From positions 1 to 64,000 of the forward strand of contig CAXXMR010000031.1 in assembly GCA_963663805.2 (NCBI GenBank): 64,000 bases of DNA, given 5' to 3'. The translations under genes and the position numbers were made by a program. The notes below the pieces were generated by a model that ran no database searches, was not told the origin of the DNA, and saw only the letters and a list, made by a program, of their open reading frames with translations. The stretch is from Sedimentisphaerales bacterium. Lineage in GTDB: Bacteria > Planctomycetota > Phycisphaerae > Sedimentisphaerales > SM23-30. This document shows positions 1 to 12,384 of the stretch, piece after piece. The stretch's first letter is position 1; every line of letters starts with the position of its first letter.

Positions 1-271
1 ATAGATGCGCAATGTCGCATTTAGGTTTGCGTCCTACAACACCTACAATGGGGGCAAGTGGGGGGTAATGTTGTTAAAAACTCACAGTTTTTGCACAGAT
101 TTCCGATAACTAATCGGAGTGTGCGTTTTGAATTATTGAAGGACAAAAATATTTTTTGGGTTATTCACCCTAGATACATGGCTTGTCGCAGCTTGACGCA
201 CAATATGTAGCATTATCGTCTTATTCTGGTCGAAAAGGTTAAAAAAAATTTCGGATTTTGCGTTGTCAATT

Positions 272-315
272 GTGGGGCAATGTGGTAAAGAATAGGTACA
301 GGTGGTTAGTGGTGG
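272..315 (+). promoter_or_regulatory. MraZ-binding direct repeats (GTGG at 10-bp spacing)
   Basis: GTGG at 272, 282, 302 and 312 directly upstream of mraZ, matching the known MraZ operator periodicity. Confidence 0.7.
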
Positions 316-341
316 AGTAACAATGCAGGAAACGGCGGGCC

Positions 342-821
342 ATGCTCCTTCTAACAGGTGAATACGAGCTGACAATTGACGATAAGAATCGTTTATCGAT
401 TCCGGCCCGGCTGCGCGAACAGATTGACACGATTGAAGATGGCGAAGATTTCTACCAGGTACTAGGTGTCAATCGTATCTTAAGTCTTTATCCTGAGAAG
501 TATTACCAACGCATCGCCCTTGCCGTGGCCCCACGGAGGGTGGCCCCGGACGAGTTGTTGGCCTACGAACGGGTCAACTTCGCCCTGGCCGGCAGGGTTT
601 CGCTGGATCGGCAGGGACGAGTGCTGTTGAGTGATAAGCTGTTGAAGCGGGCCCAGTTGACCGAACGTGTGGCTTTGGTGGGAGTGCGGGACCATCTGGA
701 AGTCTGGGACCAGCAGCAGTGGCTGAACTATGTAGAGGAAAATCTACATACTCACGAGCGGATGCTGTTGCAAGCGCGTGAAGAAGAAATGAAACGTCAA
801 CGGGAGTCGATGGGGTGGTGA
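342..821 (+). CDS. mraZ: Division/cell wall cluster transcriptional repressor MraZ
   Basis: Two MraZ motifs (IDDKNRLSIPA; LDRQGRVLL), GVRDHLEVWD, first gene of the dcw block. Confidence 0.95.
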   Translation: MLLLTGEYELTIDDKNRLSIPARLREQIDTIEDGEDFYQVLGVNRILSLYPEKYYQRIALAVAPRRVAPDELLAYERVNFALAGRVSLDRQGRVLLSDKLLKRAQLTERVALVGVRDHLEVWDQQQWLNYVEENLHTHERMLLQAREEEMKRQRESMGW

Positions 822-868
822 CGCGGGCACAAATGAGTTTGGGTATGATAGTGTAACTTTTTGAGAGC

Positions 869-1135
869 ATGTGGAGGTGCCAAATGCTAAATGAGTCTGT
901 CTGGGTCAAGGATGCAAAGAATAGAGCGGCGATTGGTATACAGCAGCAGCTTGTTGACGGGGTAGGGATTGAAAACGATGTTGACGAAGCTTTCGTCGAC
1001 AATGTAGATATTCTGCAGGAAAGACTGGCTCGAGTGCAGGCCTTGGGCGGGGCATTTGCCGAGATAGGCTTTTCTCCGGCAATGCACGGGGCAATAAAAA
1101 ATTGTGAAAAATATCAGGAACAGGCATTAGTGTAA
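869..1135 (+). CDS. Small hypothetical protein (uncertain)
   Basis: Only co-oriented ORF between mraZ and rsmH; no recognisable motif. Confidence 0.3.
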   Translation: MWRCQMLNESVWVKDAKNRAAIGIQQQLVDGVGIENDVDEAFVDNVDILQERLARVQALGGAFAEIGFSPAMHGAIKNCEKYQEQALV

Positions 1136-1170
1136 AGCGGTTTCTGGGCAAGATAGTCTGAGGTATTATT

Positions 1171-2193
1171 TTGGAAAAGAACTCAGAATCTCCCGGTCCA
1201 CCTGTTTATGCCGGCCACTGTCCGGTACTTTATGAGGCAATTCTGGGTTATGTTGATTACCCCGCCGATGCGGTTGTGGTGGATGCCACGCTGGGTCTGG
1301 CGGGCCATAGCCTGGGTTTAGCCAAGCGGCTGGGCCCGGACGGTTTGCTGGTCGGGCTGGATGTCGATTCGGTGAGTCTGGGTTTGGCGCGAGAGCGTTT
1401 GTCTAGACTGAAAGGGCTGAAATGCCGGGTTGAGCTGGTTCAGGAGAATTTCGGCAGGCTCGACGATGTGCTGGCGGGGCTGGACGTTGAGCAGACTGAT
1501 TTTATATTAGCTGATTTGGGGATTAGTTCGCGGCAGTTGGCTGACGCGGAAGTAGGAATAAGTTTTCAACAGGACGGCCCGCTGGATATGCGGCTGGACA
1601 TGCGGCTGGAGCAGACAGCGGCGGACCTGGTAAACACGTTAGGTCAGGAAGATCTGGCTAATGTGATTTATCAATATGGCGAGGAGCGAAAAAGTCGCCG
1701 TATTGCCCGTACGCTGGTGGAAATGCGTCGGAACAAGCGTTTTGAGACCACAGGTGAATTGTGCGAGGCGGTGCTGAAAGCATTCAATATGCGTTCAGCA
1801 GAGGGCCGACGCGGCAAGATTCATCCAGCGACACGTACGTTTCAGGCTTTGCGTATCGCGGTTAATGATGAGCTGGGTCAATTGGAACGTTTGCTGCGTT
1901 TGGGGCCGCGAATTTTGCGGTCGGGCGGCATGATGGCCATCATAAGTTTTCACAGTTTGGAAGATCGGCTGGTAAAGTGGAGTTTTCGGGGCGGCAAGGC
2001 CGATAACTTATATGAGATATTAACTCCCCGGCCTGTCGTGGCTGACGAGGACGAACGACTTGGCAATCCACGCAGTCGCAGTGCGAAGCTCAGGGTTGTG
2101 CGTCGTACCGATGGCTCGCTGCCGGTGCCGGGCAATAATACAAGGATTATGGATAATCGAAATTCGCGTGGGCAGGAAGGAAGCTGGTTATGA
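1171..2193 (+). CDS. rsmH: 16S rRNA m4C1402 methyltransferase RsmH (MraW)
   Basis: HCPVL, DATLGLAGHS, DLGISS, PLDMR, HPATRTFQALRIAVNDEL, SFHSLEDR, NPRSRSAKLR motifs. Confidence 0.97.
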   Translation: MEKNSESPGPPVYAGHCPVLYEAILGYVDYPADAVVVDATLGLAGHSLGLAKRLGPDGLLVGLDVDSVSLGLARERLSRLKGLKCRVELVQENFGRLDDVLAGLDVEQTDFILADLGISSRQLADAEVGISFQQDGPLDMRLDMRLEQTAADLVNTLGQEDLANVIYQYGEERKSRRIARTLVEMRRNKRFETTGELCEAVLKAFNMRSAEGRRGKIHPATRTFQALRIAVNDELGQLERLLRLGPRILRSGGMMAIISFHSLEDRLVKWSFRGGKADNLYEILTPRPVVADEDERLGNPRSRSAKLRVVRRTDGSLPVPGNNTRIMDNRNSRGQEGSWL

Positions 2194-3191
2194 TGACCAA
2201 AGAAGCAAAAGTAGGTTTGCTGTTGGGTTTGGCATTTATTGTCGCGATCGCTCTGGTATTGCGCGGCGTGCATCAGGAGCAGGCTGACCAGTTCCAGGAG
2301 ACGGTAGCTTTGAATCCGGTACAGACCACCGATGTGGTTGGCACGGTTGACCAGGCAGTGTCTGATTTGTCGGGTCAGGTTCGTCAGTTGGGCCCTGATG
2401 CTACGGCTGAGCGTTTTGTGGCCGCGGCTGAGCCTCAGCGTCACCATGTCGTACCGCCAATTGGTATTCGACCGGAAGATGCAGAGGCTGAATCGCGTTT
2501 GCCGCGGAGTGTGGTTAATCTGAGCGTTTCGGAAGAAGCTCCCGCGCCGGCGGATATGCTCGTTGATGAAGAACCGGTCACGGAGTTGCGGTCTTTGTCG
2601 GACGTAACCAAGCCGGTACCGACGGTGGGGACTCGCTTTGTTCAGGATATACCTTCGGCAGAGGCTATGACTCCGCCTAACGGTGCGATTGACCGGGCAG
2701 TGGACCGGATGAACTCGCAAATGAATCCGGTTGCCCCGCAGCGAGAAATTGAACAGGTTGCGGCTGGCCCCAAACCAGCGGAACGCGTTTATGTGGTAGC
2801 CAAGGGTGATGATTTATCGCGGGTGGCACTGAAGGCTTATGGCCCATCGGAAGGTAAACGCTGGGTGAACGTTAAGAAGATTTATGAAGCCAACCGTGGT
2901 ACGCTGGCATCGATAGACCAGGTTTTTCCGGGGCAGCGTTTACAGATTCCAGCTTTGGCAAACAATATCGGCACGGTTTCGCAGATGGCCGCTAATCAGC
3001 CGGCCCGTACGGAAACAGTTGTAAAAACGCGGCTTTATACGGTGAAGAAAAATGACAGCCTTTGGCGGATAGCTCAGGAGCAGCTGGGCGACGGCAAGCG
3101 GTTCACGGAAATAGCTAAGCTGAATGACAAGCTGCTCAGCGATGAAGACAGTATCAAAGTCGGCATGAAACTGAAACTGCCGGCCAAATAG
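2190..3191 (+). CDS. Membrane-anchored protein with two C-terminal LysM domains
   Basis: N-terminal TM helix, Pro/Ala-rich linker, YVVAKGDDLSRVA and YTVKKNDSLWRIA LysM motifs. Confidence 0.88.
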   Translation: MMTKEAKVGLLLGLAFIVAIALVLRGVHQEQADQFQETVALNPVQTTDVVGTVDQAVSDLSGQVRQLGPDATAERFVAAAEPQRHHVVPPIGIRPEDAEAESRLPRSVVNLSVSEEAPAPADMLVDEEPVTELRSLSDVTKPVPTVGTRFVQDIPSAEAMTPPNGAIDRAVDRMNSQMNPVAPQREIEQVAAGPKPAERVYVVAKGDDLSRVALKAYGPSEGKRWVNVKKIYEANRGTLASIDQVFPGQRLQIPALANNIGTVSQMAANQPARTETVVKTRLYTVKKNDSLWRIAQEQLGDGKRFTEIAKLNDKLLSDEDSIKVGMKLKLPAK

Positions 3192-3202
3192 TTAAACAAT
3201 CA

Positions 3203-3460
3203 ATGGACCTGAAAAGAATAGTATTAATGTTCGGCGGGGTGCTGGTTTTGGCCTTGGCGGTGGTGCATCTGCGAACTTCGCATATGCAGGCGATGTATCG
3301 GATGGCGGATATGATGGGGCAGGAACGTCAGCTTCGGCAGGAACTGTGGCAGCAGCGGGCCCGGTTGAGCGGGGCGCTGGAGTGTCCGCTGGTGGTTAAG
3401 GAGCGATTGGAAGAAGTGCTGGCGGCTCGGAAACACAAAGGCGAGCGGTCAGATTTGTAA
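3203..3460 (+). CDS. ftsL: FtsL-like small bitopic coiled-coil protein
   Basis: 85 aa, TM helix then coiled coil, immediately upstream of ftsI; the call is mainly positional. Confidence 0.55.
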   Translation: MDLKRIVLMFGGVLVLALAVVHLRTSHMQAMYRMADMMGQERQLRQELWQQRARLSGALECPLVVKERLEEVLAARKHKGERSDL

Positions 3461-3490
3461 AAAAGCGTAGTAACTCGAAAAATAAATGAA

Positions 3491-5242
3491 ATGAATATTT
3501 CCCGGCGTGAGTGGTGGTGGGGACAGACAGGATTTATGTTTCTGCTTGCGCTGATGGGGCTGGTTCTGGTCCGGTGCGGACATCTGCAATATTACAAGGT
3601 CGATGAATTTCGTCAGCGGGCTGAACGTCAGCAGTTGAAGGTACTGCGTCAGGAACCGCGGCGGGGTATGATTGTCGACCGGCGTGGGCGGGTGATGGCG
3701 GTCAGTACGCGTATTACTTCGGTGCGGCTGGACCCGGTGCTGATAGAGGACCGGGCGGGGATAGCGAAAAAACTGGCCGAGATTCTGGAGCTTGAATACG
3801 AACCGTTGGCAGCCGAGCTTGAGGAGCGTAAAGAGAAACGCTTCATGTGGGTTAAACGCGATGTCAGCGAACAGGAAATTAAATCGCTGAAGGAGCTGGG
3901 CCAGCGGGGGATTGTTCTGGAGAACGAATATCAGCGGTGTTATCCGATGGGGCAGCTTGCCTCGCATGTAATTGGTTTTACGACTATCGATGGGGACGGG
4001 CTGGAAGGCATCGAACGTCGCTACAATGAATGTCTGGCGGGCAAACAGGGGTCTCTGGAGCTTTGCACCGATGTGCGTCGGCGTACGGTTGGCACGGCTG
4101 GTAAGCAGCAGGCGGTGGAGGACGGACAAACGGTGGTGCTGACTATCGACGCGGTGATTCAGGCGACGGTTGAAAAGCATTTGCAGGATACCGTGGAAAA
4201 ATTTCAGGCAACGGCCGGCACAGCGGTAGTGATGGATCCGAGTACGGGTGACGTGCTGGCATTGGCTAACTGGCCGACATACGAACCTGCTCAGGGACGT
4301 CAAAGTTCGCTGGAGGCTCGGCGAAACCGGGCACTTACCGACCCCATTGAACCGGGCAGTACGTTTAAGCCTTTTACCGTCGCGGCAGCACTGGAAGGCG
4401 GCTATACGCGGCTGAACGAGAAAATCGACTGTCTGCAAACGGCCTATTCGGGCAAGGGCATCGGTACGATTCGGGAATACAAACATCCTTACGGAGTTCT
4501 TTCAGTTTCGGACATCCTGATTCATTCCAGTAATGTCGGCGTAGCGAAACTTTCGCAGTGGATGGGTAAGGAATATTTCTATGGGATGATCGAAAAGTTT
4601 GGTTTTGGCCAGAAAACCGGTATCGATTTGAGCGGGGAAGGGTCCGGGATATTGAGGCCTTTGAAGGAATGGTGCTGGGGTGATTATGCTTTGACGCGGG
4701 CGAGTTTTGGTCAGGGACCGGTGGTTGTTACGCCCATGCAGTTGATTCGCTCATTTTGCTGTCTGGCCAATGGCGGCTGGCGGCTTCGTCCGCGAGCGGT
4801 GCGGGGAATTTTATCGGCTCAGGGCGAAGTATTGGAGGATTTTACCTCGGTGGATGACGCAGTGCAGATATTGTCGCCCAAAACTACCTGGTCGATGATT
4901 GATGACCCTCTTTGCGGGGTGGTGGAACGTAAGGGCGGCTCGGCGAACAAGGCGAGTCTGGAAAAATATAAAGTTTTCGGCAAGACCGGCACCGCCCAGA
5001 TACCGCGCAAGGATGGGCCGGGTTACGAATATGGTAAATGGGTGAGTTCGTTTATCGGCGGCGCCCCCTCGCGACGACCTCGCGTGGTAGTATTGATGAG
5101 TATTCGTGAGCCGGACCGTGCGCTGGGGCTGGGATATACCGGCGGCCAGGTCGCAGCGCCAGCGGTGGGTGCAATAATTCAGGAAACGCTGGAATATCTG
5201 GGAGTGCCAGCGGAAATCGAAAACGAAATAGCTTGCAACTGA
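3491..5242 (+). CDS. ftsI: Class B penicillin-binding protein (FtsI/PBP3-like)
   Basis: RGMIVDRRG, RCYPMG, GLEGIE, EPGSTFKP (SxxK), SSNVG (SxN), KTGTAQ (KTG). Confidence 0.9.
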   Translation: MNISRREWWWGQTGFMFLLALMGLVLVRCGHLQYYKVDEFRQRAERQQLKVLRQEPRRGMIVDRRGRVMAVSTRITSVRLDPVLIEDRAGIAKKLAEILELEYEPLAAELEERKEKRFMWVKRDVSEQEIKSLKELGQRGIVLENEYQRCYPMGQLASHVIGFTTIDGDGLEGIERRYNECLAGKQGSLELCTDVRRRTVGTAGKQQAVEDGQTVVLTIDAVIQATVEKHLQDTVEKFQATAGTAVVMDPSTGDVLALANWPTYEPAQGRQSSLEARRNRALTDPIEPGSTFKPFTVAAALEGGYTRLNEKIDCLQTAYSGKGIGTIREYKHPYGVLSVSDILIHSSNVGVAKLSQWMGKEYFYGMIEKFGFGQKTGIDLSGEGSGILRPLKEWCWGDYALTRASFGQGPVVVTPMQLIRSFCCLANGGWRLRPRAVRGILSAQGEVLEDFTSVDDAVQILSPKTTWSMIDDPLCGVVERKGGSANKASLEKYKVFGKTGTAQIPRKDGPGYEYGKWVSSFIGGAPSRRPRVVVLMSIREPDRALGLGYTGGQVAAPAVGAIIQETLEYLGVPAEIENEIACN

Positions 5243-5261
5243 CCGAAGCCGGGACAGACAA

Positions 5262-5566
5262 AAACCACATAATCACCTAATGTGATTTCCCGTTTAGAAG
5301 AGGGCAGGTGTCACCCGTTCCAAGATGCAAGTCTGCTCGGTCCACGCTCGAAAGCATGGCTAAACTCACACGTCGAATCGGGCAAGGCTTCCCTGCCCGA
5401 CACCTGACCATTCGGCATCCGTGCCTAAATATCGCAGCGCCTACCCGCCGCTTAACGCCGAGGCCTTCCGGGGCCCCTGCCAGCTTATATTCATGTTGCT
5501 GCCTGATGGATAGCGTCCTGACCATTATCCAACAACTCACCTGGCCCTGGGCTCCGGGCAGCAACG
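5262..5566 (-). ncRNA. Candidate structured non-coding RNA (~290 nt) downstream of the ATP-cone gene
   Basis: Minus-strand helices: GUUGCUGCC/GGCAGCAAC, GGAUA/UAUCC, GGCA-CGGA-UGCC, CGGGCAGGG/CCUUGCCCG, CCAUGCU-UUCG-AGCGUGG, CAGGUGUC/GACACCUG; G-U pairs form only on the minus strand. Confidence 0.55.
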
Positions 5567-5591
5567 GTTAAGCTAAATCATTCTAATCTAT

Positions 5592-6182
5592 TTATACCGC
5601 AGCCGCAACCTGTTTACGCTCGGTAAAATTTTTCATCGCGTACATCGTCAGTGATTTCTCGGCTTGTTTCATTGTCCACAACTGATTTTCCACCAGTTCA
5701 TGTACTAATGTCGACCGTAATTCGTGAAAACCAAGGCCCAATGCTTGAGTTTCGACTTCAGCGGCAACCGCCCGGGCCAGTTCTCGCTCAAGACTGCGTC
5801 GCACGAGGTCTCGAACAATTACGGATTTGTCCCATGGTTTCGTGAGCGGCTCACCGGTATAATCATTGGCGACTCTATACAGCACTTCGGTACGGTTACG
5901 TCGCATTTGCCGCTGTATTCGATGTTCGTGCAAGGCCAGTGCCGCCCGACCGTGCCCGGTTTCTGAGAGCACAACTTCTGTCATCGAATGAATTTCGTCC
6001 GAACAAACTTCGCTGACTTCATAACGCTTACGCAAAAAAGAAGTAACCGCTTCAGCGAGATGTTCAGCCAGGTCGGGCTCAAAACTTCCGCTTTCACTCA
6101 GCCCGGCGGCAATGGAACCTATCACTTTGGTGTGAAGATAAATTTCACTGCTGCCATCACTTTTTCTAACGGTAAGCTGCAT
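5592..6182 (-). CDS. Stand-alone protein with two tandem ATP-cone-like domains
   Basis: N-terminal VRKSDGSSEIY..TKV...SDEIHSMTEVVL; second unit PWDKSVIVRDL...AVAAEVE...STLVHELVENQL; no reductase domain. Confidence 0.75.
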   Translation of the reverse strand: MQLTVRKSDGSSEIYLHTKVIGSIAAGLSESGSFEPDLAEHLAEAVTSFLRKRYEVSEVCSDEIHSMTEVVLSETGHGRAALALHEHRIQRQMRRNRTEVLYRVANDYTGEPLTKPWDKSVIVRDLVRRSLERELARAVAAEVETQALGLGFHELRSTLVHELVENQLWTMKQAEKSLTMYAMKNFTERKQVAAAV

Positions 6183-6246
6183 TTATTTCTCTCGAGTACG
6201 CCCCAATCAATGTTTTTTACGGCTACTCGCTCCTGAATGCTACATC

Positions 6247-6741
6247 TTATTGGTCAAACAAATCCTTCTGGCCGTCGGGGTCGCTGGGCTGTCCCATCAT
6301 GTCCTGTACTTCATGTAAAAATTCGCCCAGATCCTTGAATTCATGATACACACTGGCATATCTGACATAAGCAACCTTGTCCAGATCCCTCAGCAACCGC
6401 ATGGTCAAATCCCCAACAACCCTCGAAGAAATCTCCTGGCCGGGCGATTGAAAAATCCTTTCCTCTACCTCCTCAGCCAATTCATGAAGCTGAGCCGCCG
6501 CAACCGGCCGCTTATAACAGGCTTTCTGGACACCGCTAATGATTTTCTCGCGGTCATAAGGCACCCTTGAGCCGTCTTTTTTTACTACGCTAAGTTTTAT
6601 TGGTTCTTCGATGCGCTCGTAGGTTGTGAAACGTCTTTTGCAGGCCAGGCATTGGCGGCGGCGGCGTACGATTCTGCCGGCTTCGCTGGAACGCGAGTCG
6701 ATGACTTTATCCTTATCTTCTTTGCAGAAAGGACATCGCAC
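6247..6741 (-). CDS. nrdR: Transcriptional repressor NrdR
   Basis: MRCPFC..DKVIDSR, RRRRQC..C..RFTTYE, ATP cone VVKKDG, DKVAYVRYASVY. Confidence 0.97.
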   Translation of the reverse strand: MRCPFCKEDKDKVIDSRSSEAGRIVRRRRQCLACKRRFTTYERIEEPIKLSVVKKDGSRVPYDREKIISGVQKACYKRPVAAAQLHELAEEVEERIFQSPGQEISSRVVGDLTMRLLRDLDKVAYVRYASVYHEFKDLGEFLHEVQDMMGQPSDPDGQKDLFDQ

Positions 6742-6827
6742 TTAATATAATTTCCGTAATAACAAAAACTTATGGTTATAAACTCTCACGAAACCCCAGT
6801 TTGGGCAGTATATTTTTTTGTTTCGTG

Positions 6828-6873
6828 GTGCTACATCTTGATATGGGGAACTATAACACACTACATATAGGAT
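6828..6873. promoter_or_regulatory. Two tandem NrdR boxes
   Basis: gtgCTACATCTTGata (6828-6843) and acaCTACATATAGgat (6858-6873) versus consensus acaCwAtATaTwGtgt, 30 bp apart. Confidence 0.75.
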
Positions 6874-6878
6874 GTCAA
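6850..6878 (-). promoter_or_regulatory. Sigma70-type promoter of nrdR
   Basis: Minus strand TTGACA-N17-TATAGT; the spacer is occupied by the second NrdR box. Confidence 0.75.
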
Positions 6879-7145
6879 GTGGAACTCTATATTTTCCAAG
6901 CACTTACGGCGATTCATACCTGTGAGTTATTTTGAATGGTCGCTATAAACCTTTACCGCTTAGTACGTTACAGATATTTATTGATTTCGGCAGGTCCTAT
7001 AATATTTTTTGATTTTTATGTAAAATTTCAGCGCGACAGTTACTCAGAGGTCGATTTTTTGCGATTTTTTGAGCGTTTTTTTTAATTTTTTGCCAAAAAT
7101 TCTCAAAAAAACACGGTATTTTGAGCTGTTTGCTTGCGTGTCAGC

Positions 7146-7184
7146 AAAAAAAGAGGGACGGCGGAATTAACCGTCGTCCCTTTT
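7146..7184 (-). terminator. Rho-independent terminator after PFOR
   Basis: GGGACGACGG/CCGCCGTCCC hairpin followed by a T-run on the minus strand. Confidence 0.8.
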
Positions 7185-7214
7185 GCTTAACGTGCTATCT
7201 GAAACAAGAGTTTA

Positions 7215-10802
<3,588 letters not shown>

Positions 10803-11074
10803 TCATACCCAAACTCATCGACTTATCTATAAAGCGGTTATCATAACTATATATATCGGCCAGGCCAAGTGCTAATCTGGTTTTTCCTGAAAGTATTGTC
10901 AGGAGAGTCAGGTAATACCTAAGTCGTAATTAATTAAGCCATTATGAGTAATGAACCAAACAGTGTCACAGTTTTTTTACTGTGAAAAAACACACACCCT
11001 GACAGGTGGTCAATAACTATAAGGGCGGCCCATGGGCCTACCATGTTTTTTTTCTTTTCCGTTGTACAAAAATG

Positions 11075-11641
11075 TCAGCTTTGGGGGGTGAAATCACTTT
11101 CGCCGAAGACCTCGGCAGTGAAGAAAAAGACTTCGGTATCGGGGTCTTGCCAGGCATTTGGTTTCATACCGGCTTTGCCGGCGCAGCACTGAGAGAGGAA
11201 TTCTTCTTTGGACCAGCCGGTTTCGGTGGCGACCTGGGGCAGGAAACAACCGGCGGAATATCCTCTTTTGATATAGATGCCGTGTTTGCCGAGTTCGAGG
11301 CTGAGCGGGTCGTCTGTGGGCGTCAGGGGCGAGAGGACGGAGATTTCCACATCTATTTGTGAAAGCTCAGGTTGCGTTACGGGGTTGGTGGTGAATCTGC
11401 CGTCGCGGGTGGCGGCCAGGGCCATATCCCGTATGGTTTTGATTAAGGTTTTAGCGGGTTGAAACTGGCCAATGCAGCCGCGTAGTTGGCCGTGATTGTG
11501 GATGGTGACGAAACACCCGCGTTTTTCGTTGAATAAAGGGTCTTCAGACTCAAATTCACTGATGGGCTTGCCACTTACCGCGGCGGTAATCACTTTGCGG
11601 GCGATGCCCAAAAGAACTTTCTTTTGTTTGTCGGAAAGCAT
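11075..11641 (-). CDS. AMMECR1-domain protein (AmmeMemoRadiSam protein A)
   Basis: GCFVT, LRGCIG, EISVLS, GKHGI, FLPQVA, C.KAG motifs. Confidence 0.92.
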   Translation of the reverse strand: MLSDKQKKVLLGIARKVITAAVSGKPISEFESEDPLFNEKRGCFVTIHNHGQLRGCIGQFQPAKTLIKTIRDMALAATRDGRFTTNPVTQPELSQIDVEISVLSPLTPTDDPLSLELGKHGIYIKRGYSAGCFLPQVATETGWSKEEFLSQCCAGKAGMKPNAWQDPDTEVFFFTAEVFGESDFTPQS

Positions 11642-11876
11642 ATCAACTCCAGATTGAGGTTAGGAACGCGTTTGGCCACGGGCAAAGGTTATTCCGTTAT
11701 TATCAAAAAGTCAATATGAAGAAGGCATGAGGCATGAGCAGAAGGCGGAAGGCGGAAGTGAACGGCGAGAAGCTACCGCCCGGATGTTGGCTCTGCGTAA
11801 ATGACGGTTTTGGGGTATGAAGGGGTGAGGGTAGTCGAATCCGGCTGCTTAGGCAGCTCGGTTCCTGTTGGGGGTT

Positions 11877-12275
11877 TCAGGTTTTGATTAGTCCGAGGTC
11901 TCTCAACTCGGACTTGAAAGCCTCCAGGCGGATGGGTTTTACCAAATAAGACTCGCAGCCTTCCTGGAAAGATTCGAGGATGGTTTCCTTATCATTGAAG
12001 GCGGTGGTCATGATGATTTTGGCACCTTGTCCCATTTCGATACCGTGTTCGGCTTCGATTTGACGAATGACCTTCATGCTTTCCCTGCCGTTCATATCGG
12101 GCATGCCGATGTCCATGCAGATTAAGTCGTAGGGCTGGCGGTTTTCGAGGGCCAGTCGGAATTTATGGACCGCCTCGCGGCCATTGGCAGCGACATCACA
12201 GGTGGCAATGTTACGGAGATAGGCCTGCATTAGTTTACGGGCGGTCTGTTCATCTTCGGCAATTAAAGCTCTCAT
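11877..12275 (-). CDS. Single-domain response regulator (CheY-like)
   Basis: LIAEDE, DLICMDIGMPDMNG, IIMTTA, YLVKP. Confidence 0.9.
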   Translation of the reverse strand: MRALIAEDEQTARKLMQAYLRNIATCDVAANGREAVHKFRLALENRQPYDLICMDIGMPDMNGRESMKVIRQIEAEHGIEMGQGAKIIMTTAFNDKETILESFQEGCESYLVKPIRLEAFKSELRDLGLIKT

Positions 12276-12384
12276 GCCAGGTTACTCCTAAAGCAGATCC
12301 ACTGGAAATTCTAAGCAACAAAAAAAATATTTAACCGCGGATTACACGGATTTCGCGGATTTTTAACCTCAACTAATTTGGGTT

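Noticed and set aside
5262..5566. Assignment as SRP RNA, RNase P RNA or tmRNA; also the 87-95 aa ORFs here
   Set aside because: No CAGG-GNRA-AGCAG SRP helix, no GAGGAAAGUCC, no tRNA-like ends; the ORFs lack an RBS and protein-like composition
11720..11768. Heptamer-like runs (GGCATGA, GGCGGAA) and the 9-bp run at ~12333-12362
   Set aside because: Only 2-3 degenerate units each; too short to support a function
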